This document shows positions 36,101-46,516 of a DNA stretch of 63,677 nucleotides, piece by piece. The DNA lies in contig NC_068984.1 in assembly GCF_001194135.2 (NCBI RefSeq), forward strand, positions 76,474,758 through 76,538,434, in the 5' to 3' direction. The notes under the pieces were generated by a model, which saw nothing but the letters and a program-made list of their open reading frames with translations, was not told the DNA's origin and made no database searches. The position numbers and the translations under genes are program-made. Within the stretch, counting starts at the first letter, position 1. The number at the start of each line of letters is the position of its first letter. This DNA comes from Octopus bimaculoides (lineage: Eukaryota).

Positions 36101-38493
36101 CCAGCTCTCAGTCAAACTGTCCAACCCATGCCAGCATGGAAAGCGGACGTTAAACGACGACAGTGATGATGATGACATCCTGCTTGGGTCACATTTAGGT
36201 TTTCAACCTTTTAGAGTTTCATAAAATAAGTACAATTAATGCACTGGTTCATGTTCATTTGACTGCACCGCTTTTTAACTGTTTCAGCTGAAATTGTTAA
36301 TAAATTTTCATTTACTTATATTAATGTCTATGTAGAAAAATAAAGTTAAAACTTAAAATTTAAATTATGTGTAGATAATATGTTCTCCAACATTATGGAT
36401 ATAATGTGTAATATGATGCCAAAATTTGTTTTAAACACCTTTTGGGTTACTTCACATATTGAATTGATCACAAGTCTTTGTGTTAATGAAGGCTTTATTT
36501 TTTACATTGAGATAGTCTAATAAGAAATACAAGTAGAACCCACAATCTGATTTGCACCCCACTATTCTTAGAGTGTATGTAAAATGTGTAAAAAAGGTTT
36601 TAATTATTGTTCTTCCTCCTGGCAAAAACATGAAAAATCCAAAAGAAAAGAAAAAAAAACTGGGTGTTTACACAGCTTTGTGAATTTATCTTCTGTAGAA
36701 AAAAACGTTGTTCACTTCTCAATGATATAGGCTCTGGGTTCAGTCTCTGTGTGTGACATCTGAGATACATATGTTCTCCTATATCCTTGGGTCCAGTAAT
36801 GTCTTGTGTGAGAATTTGGAAGACAGAAACTCAAAAAATCTGTTGTGTGTGTCTGTACAAACACAGATGTATGTGTGTGTTTCTTTGTCTTTATATCATA
36901 TGCAAATTGTAAGCAGAAAGCATGGCTATCATACAGATGTTGTTTGGTTGTAATCTTCCATGAAAACATGCCCAGAGCAGAGTATAATATTACTTTGCAT
37001 AGCAACAGTAAGAACGTTTGGCCATAGGAAATATCTCTCTACAAATCCTGTCTGACCTATGCAAGCATTGAAAATTAGATATTGAACTGATGATGATGAT
37101 GATGTGTGTATATATGTTTGTGTGGATGTTTATAATCTACTCTAGGATACAGTTACAAAATGGTATTATTTCTTCATTTCTAACTGGACTTCATACAGTG
37201 ACATCATTGTTTGTAGTTGGGCTGCAACTGGTGACTTTTGTAGCCCTTTTGCTATCAACAAATCACCTGGTAGCTTTTCACTTCTGAATTCCACTGGAAT
37301 AAAATATCCTGTACATGTAATAATTTTCCATGCTAGCATGGAAAAATGAATGCCAAGTTATACAGTCGTGGCCAAAAATTTGGAATATAGGTTTGAAAAT
37401 TAGAATTTTTATATTAAATTCCCAAAATGTTCCAAACTTTTGGCCATGACTGTAGCTATGGTAAAAGATATCCATGACAACATGCAGTGGGATTGAGTTA
37501 AGAAATATGTGATTATGAAGGAAAGGAGAAGGACATCTGGCTGTAGAAAATTGGTCTCAAATAAACTCTGTCAAACCCATGCAAGTATGGAAAAGTGTTA
37601 AATTGATGATATTGCTGTAACTCATCTCAGAATATGTTATACATCACGTTATTTAACCCTTTAGCATTTAAACAGGCCATGTCTGGCCCAAATAAGCTAC
37701 CTGTTTTATGTTCTAACCTAGGGGTTGTCAGCCATTTTTACCTATGGACCTCTTTGATTCCTATTTTACTTGGGTGGACCCCCATAGCCATTCAGTGTTT
37801 AAAAAATCCTGTTGTTTTTTATAATTGAATATTATTAGTACTTGTATTAAAATTGTTAAATATTTTGTGTATTGGGGATGTATAACCAATTTATTGCACA
37901 TAAACTTTACTGGTCTAGAGCACAATTTTTTCATGGCCCCTGAAAATTTATTGTGGACCCCCAATTTACTATATTGCAATTGTAAACCTCCAAAAATCTT
38001 ATATGGACCCTGGTTGAGAACACCTGTTCTAACCAGCTAAATCCAGTCTATAACACCAATGCCACTATAAAATATACAATCTCATCAAAATTTTGAAGCA
38101 ACATAATAATGCATGATTGATTAAAAGCACTGAATGAAAAAGCATTACATTTGACAGAATAATCTGGATGCTAAAGGGTTAAAGATTGTACTAGAGTAGG
38201 TATTCTTCATATTTATTGCATACATTCATGTTTTTTGTTTTTTTGTTGCTTTCTTCTGTTCAGAATTTCTGGAATATTAAATGAAATTTTGTTTGCCGTT
38301 TGGTATATGCTAGTAATTTAGAAATTATTTTCTTTTATTTAGTGATACACGACGCCCAGATCGCCTCTTAAATCGACTAAAGAGTTTTACAGAAGAGACC
38401 GGCCCTCGTATTATTCTAATTCGAGCACCAAAAGGTCCAGATGGCACGAAAGGTTTTGCCCATGCCCGGACAGCTGTAAAAATACTAGAATAA
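2757..38493 (+). CDS. CSDE1: Cold shock domain-containing protein E1 (UNR), 17 coding exons, 817 aa: join(2757-2795,4644-4778,8128-8224,9600-9760,10700-10857,11777-11990,16542-16711,17541-17712,18779-18922,20672-20804,23656-23777,24052-24224,24517-24643,26366-26474,28537-28721,32369-32532,38343-38493)
   Basis: All introns are GT-AG, phases chain without stops, and the total is 2454 nt. Five RNP1/RNP2 pairs: YGFI/VFFHFS, FGFI/IFFHYS, YGFI/VFFHFS, YGFI/VFFHFS, FGFL/LFFHMT. Ends in SUZ-C-like [18 protein letters not shown]. Confidence 0.96.
4224..4347 (+). repeat. Two-copy tandem duplication, period 62 nt
   Basis: GAGATCTGAGTAGA..CTACTTATTAGAAATGATTTT..GTTCAATCCTAGATA at 4224 and 4286. Confidence 0.9.
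4644..4778 (+). CDS. CSDE1: CSDE1 exon 2 (NFQPP...[10 protein letters not shown])
   Basis: TTGCAG| acceptor, CTG|GTAAGT donor, start of CSD1. Confidence 0.92.
4815..5208 (+). mobile_element. SINE family A (tRNA-like head, CCTTGGGCAAG core, central (TG)n, tail GACTGAAACAAGTAAAAGAG)
   Basis: Near-identical organisation to 12113-12525. Confidence 0.8.
8128..8224 (+). CDS. CSDE1: CSDE1 exon 3 (HSYGFIQC...VFFHFSEY...KVG)
   Basis: TTCAG| acceptor, G|GTAAGC donor; RNP1 and RNP2 of CSD1. Confidence 0.95.
9600..9760 (+). CDS. CSDE1: CSDE1 exon 4 ([15 protein letters not shown]...VKAKN)
   Basis: TGTAG| acceptor, AAT|GTAAGT donor; phase 1 to 0. Confidence 0.95.
10700..10857 (+). CDS. CSDE1: CSDE1 exon 5 ([15 protein letters not shown]...ASDK)
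   Basis: TATAG| acceptor, AG|GTGAGT donor; non-canonical CSD. Confidence 0.93.
11777..11990 (+). CDS. CSDE1: CSDE1 exon 6 (NGNIRARR...ENFGFIER...IFFHYSE...IQSRS)
   Basis: TTCAG| acceptor, AGT|GTAAGT donor; second canonical CSD. Confidence 0.96.
12113..12525 (+). mobile_element. SINE family A, full length
   Basis: A/B-box-like head, core, (TA)n(TG)n middle, conserved tail. Confidence 0.85.
12768..13495 (-). mobile_element. 5'-truncated RTE LINE (ORF C-terminus plus 3' UTR/tail)
   Basis: Reverse complement matches ~35270-36170. Confidence 0.85.
14302..14358 (+). CDS. CSDE1: Candidate in-frame cassette exon of CSDE1 ([19 protein letters not shown])
   Basis: TTTTCCTTTTGTAG| acceptor, GAT|GTAAGT donor; 57 nt, phase 0-0 matching intron 6, no stop. 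Confidence 0.6.
15731..16053 (+). mobile_element. tRNA-derived SINE family C
   Basis: A box TGGCTTAGTGG, B box GAGTTCGATTC; 3' body shared with 19091-19478. Confidence 0.8.
16542..16711 (+). CDS. CSDE1: CSDE1 exon 7 ([20 protein letters not shown]...EVDN)
   Basis: TTTCAG| acceptor, CG|GTATGT donor. Confidence 0.95.
17541..17712 (+). CDS. CSDE1: CSDE1 exon 8 ([17 protein letters not shown]...ETREV)
   Basis: CATAG| acceptor, GTG|GTTAGT donor; an alternative in-frame GT lies 3 nt upstream. Confidence 0.92.
18779..18922 (+). CDS. CSDE1: CSDE1 exon 9 ([13 protein letters not shown]...VFFHFSE...EFTVVQ)
   Basis: AACAG| acceptor, CAA|GTTGGT donor; third canonical CSD. Confidence 0.95.
19091..19478 (+). 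mobile_element. tRNA-derived SINE sharing the family C 3' body
   Basis: TGGCCCAGTGG and GGTTTCGATTCC boxes; GAGCAGGCTGTTCCGTTGATCG body; (CAA)n tail. Confidence 0.8.
19790..20375 (-). mobile_element. SINE family A interrupted by a nested family B SINE (19991-20220)
   Basis: 11-bp direct repeat TTTCAGTTTCT at 19980-19990 and 20221-20231. Confidence 0.85.
20672..20804 (+). CDS. CSDE1: CSDE1 exon 10 ([18 protein letters not shown]...HKSP)
   Basis: TTCAG| acceptor, G|GTAAAT donor. Confidence 0.94.
21280..21560 (-). mobile_element. Highly decayed RTE RT-domain fragment
   Basis: Patchy antisense similarity to ~34000-34460. Confidence 0.4.
23656..23777 (+). CDS. CSDE1: CSDE1 exon 11 ([14 protein letters not shown]...PRYGDK)
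   Basis: TTGCAG| acceptor, AAG|GTAAAT donor. Confidence 0.93.
24052..24224 (+). CDS. CSDE1: CSDE1 exon 12 (IEFSIGE...LKDNYGFIE...VFFHF)
   Basis: CATTAG| acceptor, AG|GTAAGT donor; fourth canonical CSD. Confidence 0.96.
24517..24643 (+). CDS. CSDE1: CSDE1 exon 13 ([17 protein letters not shown]...LPKGTVSPE)
   Basis: AACAG| acceptor, GAG|GTAAGT donor. Confidence 0.95.
25700..26240 (-). mobile_element. Decayed CR1-like LINE 3' end
   Basis: Minus-strand remnants GYCPHI, THM...LDCIQ-like, FY.NYNGL and NLQ..K..V resemble the CR1 ORF2 C-terminus, ending in an A-rich tail near 25700. Confidence 0.55.
26366..26474 (+). CDS. CSDE1: CSDE1 exon 14 ([18 protein letters not shown]...QVGLD)
   Basis: TTTCAG| acceptor, G|GTAAGT donor. 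Confidence 0.94.
28537..28721 (+). CDS. CSDE1: CSDE1 exon 15 ([14 protein letters not shown]...KVDSVKGL)
   Basis: TTACAG| acceptor, TTG|GTAAGT donor. Confidence 0.95.
31208..31685 (+). mobile_element. 5'-truncated Tx1/L1-clade LINE 3' end with poly(A)
   Basis: [11 protein letters not shown]...[15 protein letters not shown] zinc-knuckle-like motif and [14 protein letters not shown]; A10 at 31676-31685. Confidence 0.7.
32369..32532 (+). CDS. CSDE1: CSDE1 exon 16 ([18 protein letters not shown]...SLRKI)
   Basis: TTTCAG| acceptor, AC|GTAAGT donor; fifth canonical CSD. Confidence 0.96.
32881..36177 (+). mobile_element. Near full-length decayed RTE-clade LINE (APE endonuclease, RT, PHD-like insert, long 3' UTR) in CSDE1 intron 16
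   Basis: SAYAPQ and [10 protein letters not shown] (APE); KAPGPS-like, [11 protein letters not shown] and ELLYSDDL (RT); FHYLGD; LRWYGHV; many stops and frameshifts; (GAT)n tail. Confidence 0.92.
38343..38493 (+). CDS. CSDE1: CSDE1 exon 17, coding part ([13 protein letters not shown]...[10 protein letters not shown]...ILE*), SUZ-C motif
   Basis: TTTTATTTAG| acceptor, phase 2 entry, TAA followed by TAG. Confidence 0.95.
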
Positions 38494-41400
38494 TAGTCTT
38501 ATGACCACAGCTTGCTGTTCTTTAGATTTCTCTCAATGTTTGTTTTTCTTCTCTCTCACTCACACTCTACAACTGCTCATTCTAATGTAGAAGCTTCCAT
38601 TCTGAAGTTCCAGCTATATATCTACCTTTCTTCATATATATAAATACATACATATATACATATATCTATAAATACACACACACACACATGCATACACACA
38701 TCTATATATATGAAGCAATGGAGATTCATCTGAAGATATAATTGGTTATTTACTAACCACTCTCCTAATACATACAGATTTGCCTGTTTTTTTTTTAAAA
38801 ACATTCCCATATTTAGAACTACCTATAAAACATTTATTTATTTGGTTGAACTGTACAGTGTTCCAAGATACGTTTATTTGCTTTACTGAATATTGAACTT
38901 TGGAAGTTTACGGTTCATATCCTTTTTTTTCTTCTTTATTTCTCTACAGAAAAAGTAAAAAATAAAAAAAAAAATTCATTTGAATATTTATTTATCTATT
39001 TCCTTCTTAAGAAGAAAAAAAAAAAACAAACATAATAAAACAAATTTCAACTCTTATCAATTAAGAAAATAAGAAAAATAAATAAAAATTGTAACAACTA
39101 TTTGTAAAGATCTTTTTGATTCACTTGAACATGCTGGAATTTCAGAAGTTATCTATTCCATCTTTACATACATGTATCAATACATATATACATAGATATG
39201 TATATGTGTGAGTGCACACACACAAACATACACACATACTTGTGCATGTGTACACACATACATATTTTCCTCAAACATACGTAATATTAACACATACTCA
39301 CTCACACAAACACTCGTTTTTCTCTCTCTCCCCTCTTACACATACAGAAACACATATTTACTTACACAAATTCTCCTTTTTTCCTTCCTTCCTTCCTTCT
39401 CTCTCATAAGCTACTTCCTCTCTTTCTCACACTATTCACACTTGTGCATGAGTAAAGTCTCACGCTTTCTCTCTTTCCCTTCCTCAATTTAGTTTTTAAG
39501 TTATGTTTAAATATATATTGTTTTCTTTTTTTTCTGCCAAATCTCTGTCTGTCTGTCTCTCTTTCTCTCTACTATTCTTTTCAGTCTCCTCTCTCTTTCT
39601 GTTTTTGATTTTCGTCTGTCTAACTATGTATTTTTCTGCCTTGGTGTGACATTCCCCTTGCTAGAGACAGTTAACTGTTTGTGCGTCATGATTATTCTTC
39701 AACTATGGTCTTCCATAACATAACATGGAAGTTGTAGCTTTAAGCATTACTATTCTCTCCATCCTGCTCTTCCGCACCATCCTAATTTAATTTTTTTTTT
39801 AACTCCCCACTACATTCCCCTAAAAAAGAAAGAAAATTTTAAAAAGCCAAAAAAAATTGAAAAAAACTTTTAAAAATTGAAAAAAAGATGAAAAATCCCA
39901 TAAAAATTTTCTTAAAAAAAAGCTAAAAGGAATAAATAAAAAAAAAAAAATTCCCTTTCATTTTCACCCCTCCTCATGAATGCTTTCAAAATGATTTAAA
40001 AAAATATATTTTTTTTTAAATTAGTCAATGCCTTGATATTATGGATTGTTAAGCGTCAATAGTTCTGTAAGATTAGAGCTAAATTAATTAATCTAACAAA
40101 ATTTGTATCCTACTTTGCTGTCAGTCGAGGCTGAGCAATGTCCTTGTATATCCTCAAGTGTTAGCTTCTGTGTCAGCTTTTTTCTTTTCAGACAAAGCAT
40201 CCTTTGCCTGAACAAAGTGTTTTGTGACACTAGTTTTAACTTCATACAGATTGAGACAACCTTATTCTTTCATCTTATAAAGTCTTGATTACTGGCTTAA
40301 TTATTTAATTAAACTGCAGAGTTTCATATATCAGCGATGACCACCTCTGACTGATTATCAGGTGAAAATCATTGGCCTAGTTGCATGCTGTTTAATGATC
40401 TTATTAACCAGTTTTGGCTGACTATTTTCTAATTGACCTTATAGCAAATTTATTGGTTTATACCTAAGTAAAATATTTGTCTCTGGCTGACCAGTTTCAA
40501 TTGATATATAATGAAAAATTGATTGGCCTAGTTGACTGGTATTTGATATGATCAACCAACCGGTTCTGGCTATTTAGTTCTTTCTAACTGATCACAATTA
40601 GCAAAACTGTCGTTAGCCTGTTCCAGTGACATTTGACTTCATCATAACATTTGTCAACGTCCATTTTTGAAATGTTTTTCATTGAGGGTTAGCTATAAGA
40701 AGTGAGCCATGTTGTAAACTTCACTTCCATATTATATAGAATAATGTAAAAGCTCTCTCTTATGTTTTCTTAGTGATTCGGCTGGCATTATGAATTTCTA
40801 GAGCCTTCTTAGCATCACCATTAGATTAACTTCTTCCCACAAAAATATGAATTAATGATTTTTAAAGTTTCAGATTTTAATCTGGTGTTTTCTCTGATTA
40901 ATGAATTTATTATTAGTCCAAATGAAAACCTGATTGAACAACACTTTCCTCTCTGTTTCTCTTTCTCTCTGTCTATTTTTTTTCTTTATAGATATTTCTT
41001 TTGCTTGATATATTGATTTTTGCAAAAGAAATATTTTTTTATCTGTGCTATTGACAATTGATTCTTTCTGTTTTTCGTTCAAAACAAACTTTGAAAAAAT
41101 GAAATTAAAAATGAAAAAAAAATTTTAAAAGTCAAAACTAATTGCAAAAAAAAAAGAGAATTCCATAAAAAAAACCCCTTCAAAAAGAGAACTGAAAAAA
41201 AAAAAAAGGAACCCCCCCCCAAGAACCCCCCTTTCTCATACAAACAAAAAAACAAGAAAAATAGCCCCTACAAACCCCACCTACCTTTAAAAAAACAACA
41301 AAAAAACCAAAGCATAACTCTTGTAATTCTTACTAAAACTTTTGTGCTACTCAAAAAAAAAGTAAAAAATAAACAATAAAAAAATTTTTTAAATACTCTA

Positions 41401-41913
41401 CTGCTGACAAATATCATCTCTTCCCTGTTTTCTTGACAATTTCTTTTTTTGAAAAAAAAAACCCAACAAAAACATTTTTTTTAATCATTTATTAAGTTCT
41501 TGTTTTTCTGCAATATTCTTCAGCAAAAAAAATAAAATAAAAAAAAAAAATAAAGAAATGGGAAACAAATGCTGCAGTCAATTGAGTTGCTGAGGAATGG
41601 AAATACTAACTAACTGGTTAATAGTTCTTCATTCTATCTCCTTATCATGGTGGTTGTGGAGTGCCCTATCCACAACTAGAGACCATGGTACATGTAGCTT
41701 TTTGTTGACGACTGCGATGTGTGTACATTGTAAACTTTCAGCAGCTCATTATATCTATCTACATGTAAAAGAAGTACCACTACAGTATGGTGCTGGTGTA
41801 TGTGTGAGCCATACTTTTCTCATTTCCATAAAAATTTTGAGAAACACTGAAATTGCAGAGACTTTTGTTAGCTTACTGTGCTCAGTTCTCAAAACCTGTG
41901 AATATATACACAC

Positions 41914-41951
<38 letters not shown>

Positions 41952-43061
41952 GTATTTATTATTCTTTAATGAGAATAGTACTGATAGTAACTTTGAAGTT
42001 TCAGCCAGTTAAGCTATCATCTGATGATGGTTTAGCAGGATGAAACTTCAAAGTCATTGTCAGTACTATTCTTGTTAAGGAATAATATATATATATATAT
42101 ATATATGGGAGAGAGATGGGCTTGCTAAGGTGACTTGCCTGCTCTAACGATATACAGCATGAAGATAAAGTCTTCAAGTAATTCATCCATAATTCAAGTG
42201 GATTATGGATCACATTTTCTGTAATGAAAAACTTGAGTAAAAAACAAAAACAAAAAAAACCAAGATACACGACAACTAAAAGTAAAAATTGAACAAAACA
42301 AAGAAAAGATATGATGAAGTATGAAAATTGACCCTTGTAAATTTAGAAAGCTCTTTTGTATGTGATGTCCAGCTTTTGTTTTTGGTGGGTATGGTGTGAA
42401 TGAGTTGGACAGTTTCTTCATTTTAGGTGTGTTGTTGGCACCATGCTTCTTTTGGTGTTCTCTCTAAATGTCTTCAGGTAGTATTCCTGAGCTGGTCTAT
42501 AGATGGAAGCTTGAATAGCTTATTTCTACTGACTTGTTCTGGTTGTTTCCAACAATTACTGACCTAAGAAGAAGAAAGGATCCTTGTTTCGTTCCTTAGT
42601 CTACATAGTCTGGGAATACCACTTTGAAGATAGACTGGAGAGAATACTGAATGAAATGTTTGAGCAACATATCAAAAAATGGAGCAGAGTAGTTCCAAAA
42701 AATATTAAAAAAAGAAACAATGACAGACATCACATAAAAAAAACAAACAAACAAAAACACCAAAAACCTATCAAAAAACAAAAAAACTCATTTCATAATA
42801 AAAAATATGTTGACTTTCTTTTGTATGTTATTTTGAAGTGTTTGCTGATTTGATTAGATTAACATGAAAACATTTTACAAACTTTCCTCAATTTTCTTGT
42901 CTCAGATGCTTCGCTTCACTAACTGATATACCCACCCTAAGACCTTCCTTCCATGAATGTCCCCAACAATTGCTCATTTTTTTTGGGCCTCATTGCTGAA
43001 TTTCTTTTTCTTTTCTGAAGTTTGGTATTTATCTTTTATTTATTTTTTAGATTTATTGTTG

Positions 43062-43105
<44 letters not shown>

Positions 43106-43248
43106 TTCTTTTTTTTCTTCTTACTCTTGATGTTTCTTTTAAGTTGAGCATATTCTATAAAATGATTTACAAATTTTTTTCTTCACAAAAAGTATTTCCA
43201 GTTTTGTACAAGAGTAAATATTTACACGAAAGTGTGTGTCTGTGTATG

Positions 43249-43298
<50 letters not shown>

Positions 43299-43748
43299 GT
43301 GTTGTTTGGTTGTAAGAATGGTATGAAATAAAATGAACTTAATACAAGAATGTGGAGAAGTGTGTATGATGGCTGCTTTGCAGTTCTGTAGCTCCAGGTT
43401 TGCTCCAGCTGTGCAGAACCTAGGGCAAGTCTTAACCTTTACCATGGTTTCTAGTAAAGGGTGGGACAGTCACATGTGATTGAAATTTGGATGACAGGAG
43501 TGTGTGGAAGCTTGTTAGACGTGTGTGTGTGTATGTGCGTTTGTAATAAATGGAATGATGCAATCTGTGTAGAAACAAAAATATCTTGTGTTATTTAGTT
43601 CCACCCTGATCACATCACTTTAAATTCAGGTTGGTTTTGTTGTATGCCCATACAAGGTCGATAAAATAAATAGCTAATAAAGTATTGGGGTTGATATAAT
43701 TGCCTGAAACCCTACAGGCAGTACCCCAACATGGTCACAGTCCAATAA

Positions 43749-43826
<78 letters not shown>

Positions 43827-45475
43827 GTCCCTATTCAATTTTAAATTTGTATAACTTTAGTTATAAATCTGATGTTTGACATTCACGACTCTGAAGATGA
43901 CCATATTAAGCAGCTCTATTTTTCATAGCTGCTGAGATGGCTTATTTGGCCAATATTAACATAAAATCCTCAGTTTAAAGGGACATGTAATAGCAGAATC
44001 AGGACCCAGTGGGGCTCTTGCTTTCTGTGCAGCCATCTTCTCTACTATCTGTGTGTGTATATACACACACACATATGCATATATATCAGTGGAAGAAGTT
44101 ATTACAGTTTTAGATAAATTTTTCAAGATTTTAAAATTTTAGTGTACACTCTCAGGTATACAGACTGATTTGATTCTGATGTTCTAGAAATTAGTTTGTG
44201 GCTGATTTTTCAATTATATTCTGAATTACACTAGTTATTATTTTAGCCTGCAAGTTAGCTTCAGAATTTGGGTTGTGAAAACAGTAATCTTTACATGTCC
44301 CTATAAAATAATGTAAAAAAAAAAAAAATGTTTTTAAATTTCTTATTTGATGGCAATAAGATACATCAAACTTCTTTATGTTCTTTACAATTTAATTCTA
44401 TCATATATAGAATTCATGTTATTAAAAAATTTATAATTGCATGAGGACTTCATAGTGATCCTGGATGTGCCGTTTTCATTTTATTTTGAGGTAAAAAGAA
44501 AAAGGCAAATGTTCGATACATTCTTTGTAATATAAGTGTGATGATTCTGATATATGTTTGTCATACGAAAGGTAAATAGGATTTTATACTTGGTTCTTTG
44601 AAGAACATTTTTGTTTTTTCTCTTTCAACTCAAGTTGCTGACGTGTATAGTGGGTCAATTAAATGACTAATTGAACGAAACCTTATGTCCAGATAACATA
44701 TAATTCCTGTTTACTTTAAACATGACTAACATATATACATATGTAAATAGTAACATACATAGAATATATATATGTATGTATATGTAATGTGTATGTGTAT
44801 ATATATGTATACACATGCACACGTAAATATCCAATCTGTGTCTATATCCGATATGTGTCTATATCCAGTTATGGGCAACTTGTGGCCTGTGGGATTTTCT
44901 GAATGGCATGCTGAATGAAAAAATTATCAATTTTTGAGTAGTGCGACCTGCCTGATGATGAACAATGTCTCATGTGGCCTACTTTTTTTTGGAAAAGGAT
45001 TGCCCATGCCTTGTATATGCACATGCAAGAATGTGAAAGTGAGTGTGTGTATGCATTAGTGTTTCTGTCTCTTTCTGTATAAAATTAACCCAAATCACCT
45101 CTGGAAGGGAGGGAGTAAACAACTTTATGATTTCATGATTATATAAAACAAAATTGAAAATTTATACTGCTGTGAATTTTTATTTTTTATTTTATTTTGA
45201 TACATTATTGTCCTTTTTTTCTTTTATTTTATATTTAAAATGACATACTAATGATATACAACCAAAAAAAAATCTTGTGGCTTCTTTAAAAGAATTATTA
45301 GGCTGACATCTGATTTCTTCCTCTTCGTAAATAGCTGCTTGAATTTTTAGGTACTTGATAAAGGAAGCCAAAATGAAAGGTAGTCTTTGATTTTTTGTTA
45401 TTTCTCTCTCTCTCGCTCAAAATTTTTCTGACACACAACTCATACTGTAATAAAAATACAACTTTGTCTCTTGGA
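38494..45475 (+). other. Probable long AT-rich 3' UTR / downstream region of CSDE1; the end is uncertain (one candidate signal is TGTAATAAA, AATAAA at 45449-45454)
   Basis: Largely free of the interspersed SINEs seen in introns up to ~45.6 kb; many A- and U-rich tracts; no transcript evidence available. Confidence 0.35.
41957..42087 (+). repeat. Near-perfect inverted repeat (62-bp arms 41960-42021 and 42023-42084)
   Basis: Hand alignment: 51 Watson-Crick pairs, 8 G:U, 1 A.C, 2 other mismatches. Confidence 0.92.
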
Positions 45476-45639
45476 TTAAAATAGGATAAGACTTAAGTTA
45501 GATGAAAACTCCCATCTGGTTTGCATTTCAGTTTCTGTCAGTGCTATTATTTCATTGTTCTCTGCTTCTATTTTAAATTCATAGGCTTGTGCCTGTGAAA
45601 GAAATTTATTAATATCTTTATTCATTAATTGATTAAAAA

Positions 45640-45841
45640 GTTTTAAGGTGGTTGATTTGCTGAACAGAGTGTGCTGGAAAAAAATGATGCCTTTTATTTT
45701 TTAGTTATTAACTTATCCTGGTCAACATGGACTTTCATCTTCCTAGCATCGATAAAATAAGTACCATTGGGGTCTATTTTTCTCTGATAAAATAAATTTC
45801 AATCTTAGTGCCAATGTTAGGAACAACAACAGCAACTACTA

Positions 45842-45877
<36 letters not shown>

Positions 45878-46462
45878 TGGAATGGCAGGATTATTCAAGT
45901 CAGTCAATATTGCCTTGTGGTATTTGCTCCAGCTATTCATATTCTGACTTCAAATTCTGCTGAGTTCAACTTCTTTTGAGTTGATGAAACAGAGTATTAT
46001 TTAACTACTGGGATTGAGTTAATTCACTGTCTCATCTTGCCCACTAAAAATTTCTAGCCTTGTACCTATGTTCAGAAAATTATTTTCTTTTTATTTTCTT
46101 TTTCATTTCATTGGTTGAGGGTATTAAAGTAGCAGAAATCATACAGAAATCAGACTTAAAGGATTTGCACTATTTAGTTTAGCTCGTACTGTTTTGAGTT
46201 CAATTTCAGTTTCTACCATTATTAACTTTGTCTTTTATATCTCTCTAGTGGATTAGAGTTGATCCAGTAGACTACTGCTTTTAATTTGGATCAACTAAGC
46301 TTGGGTCTAGTTGAAAGACAGAAAGATTTCTATCTAGTGTATTGTTTATGTTTATTGGTATTTGATGTTTTTAGCATTGAACTCCTTAAATTCAACATCT
46401 AAGTTTACTATCATGCTTTGTATTTTTTGACTGAAATTACCTTAATGTTCTGATCATTATTC

Positions 46463-46516
<54 letters not shown>

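Noticed and set aside
41597-42043. 148-aa ORF after the CSDE1 stop
   Set aside because: Runs through (TA)n and one hairpin arm; no homology-like features
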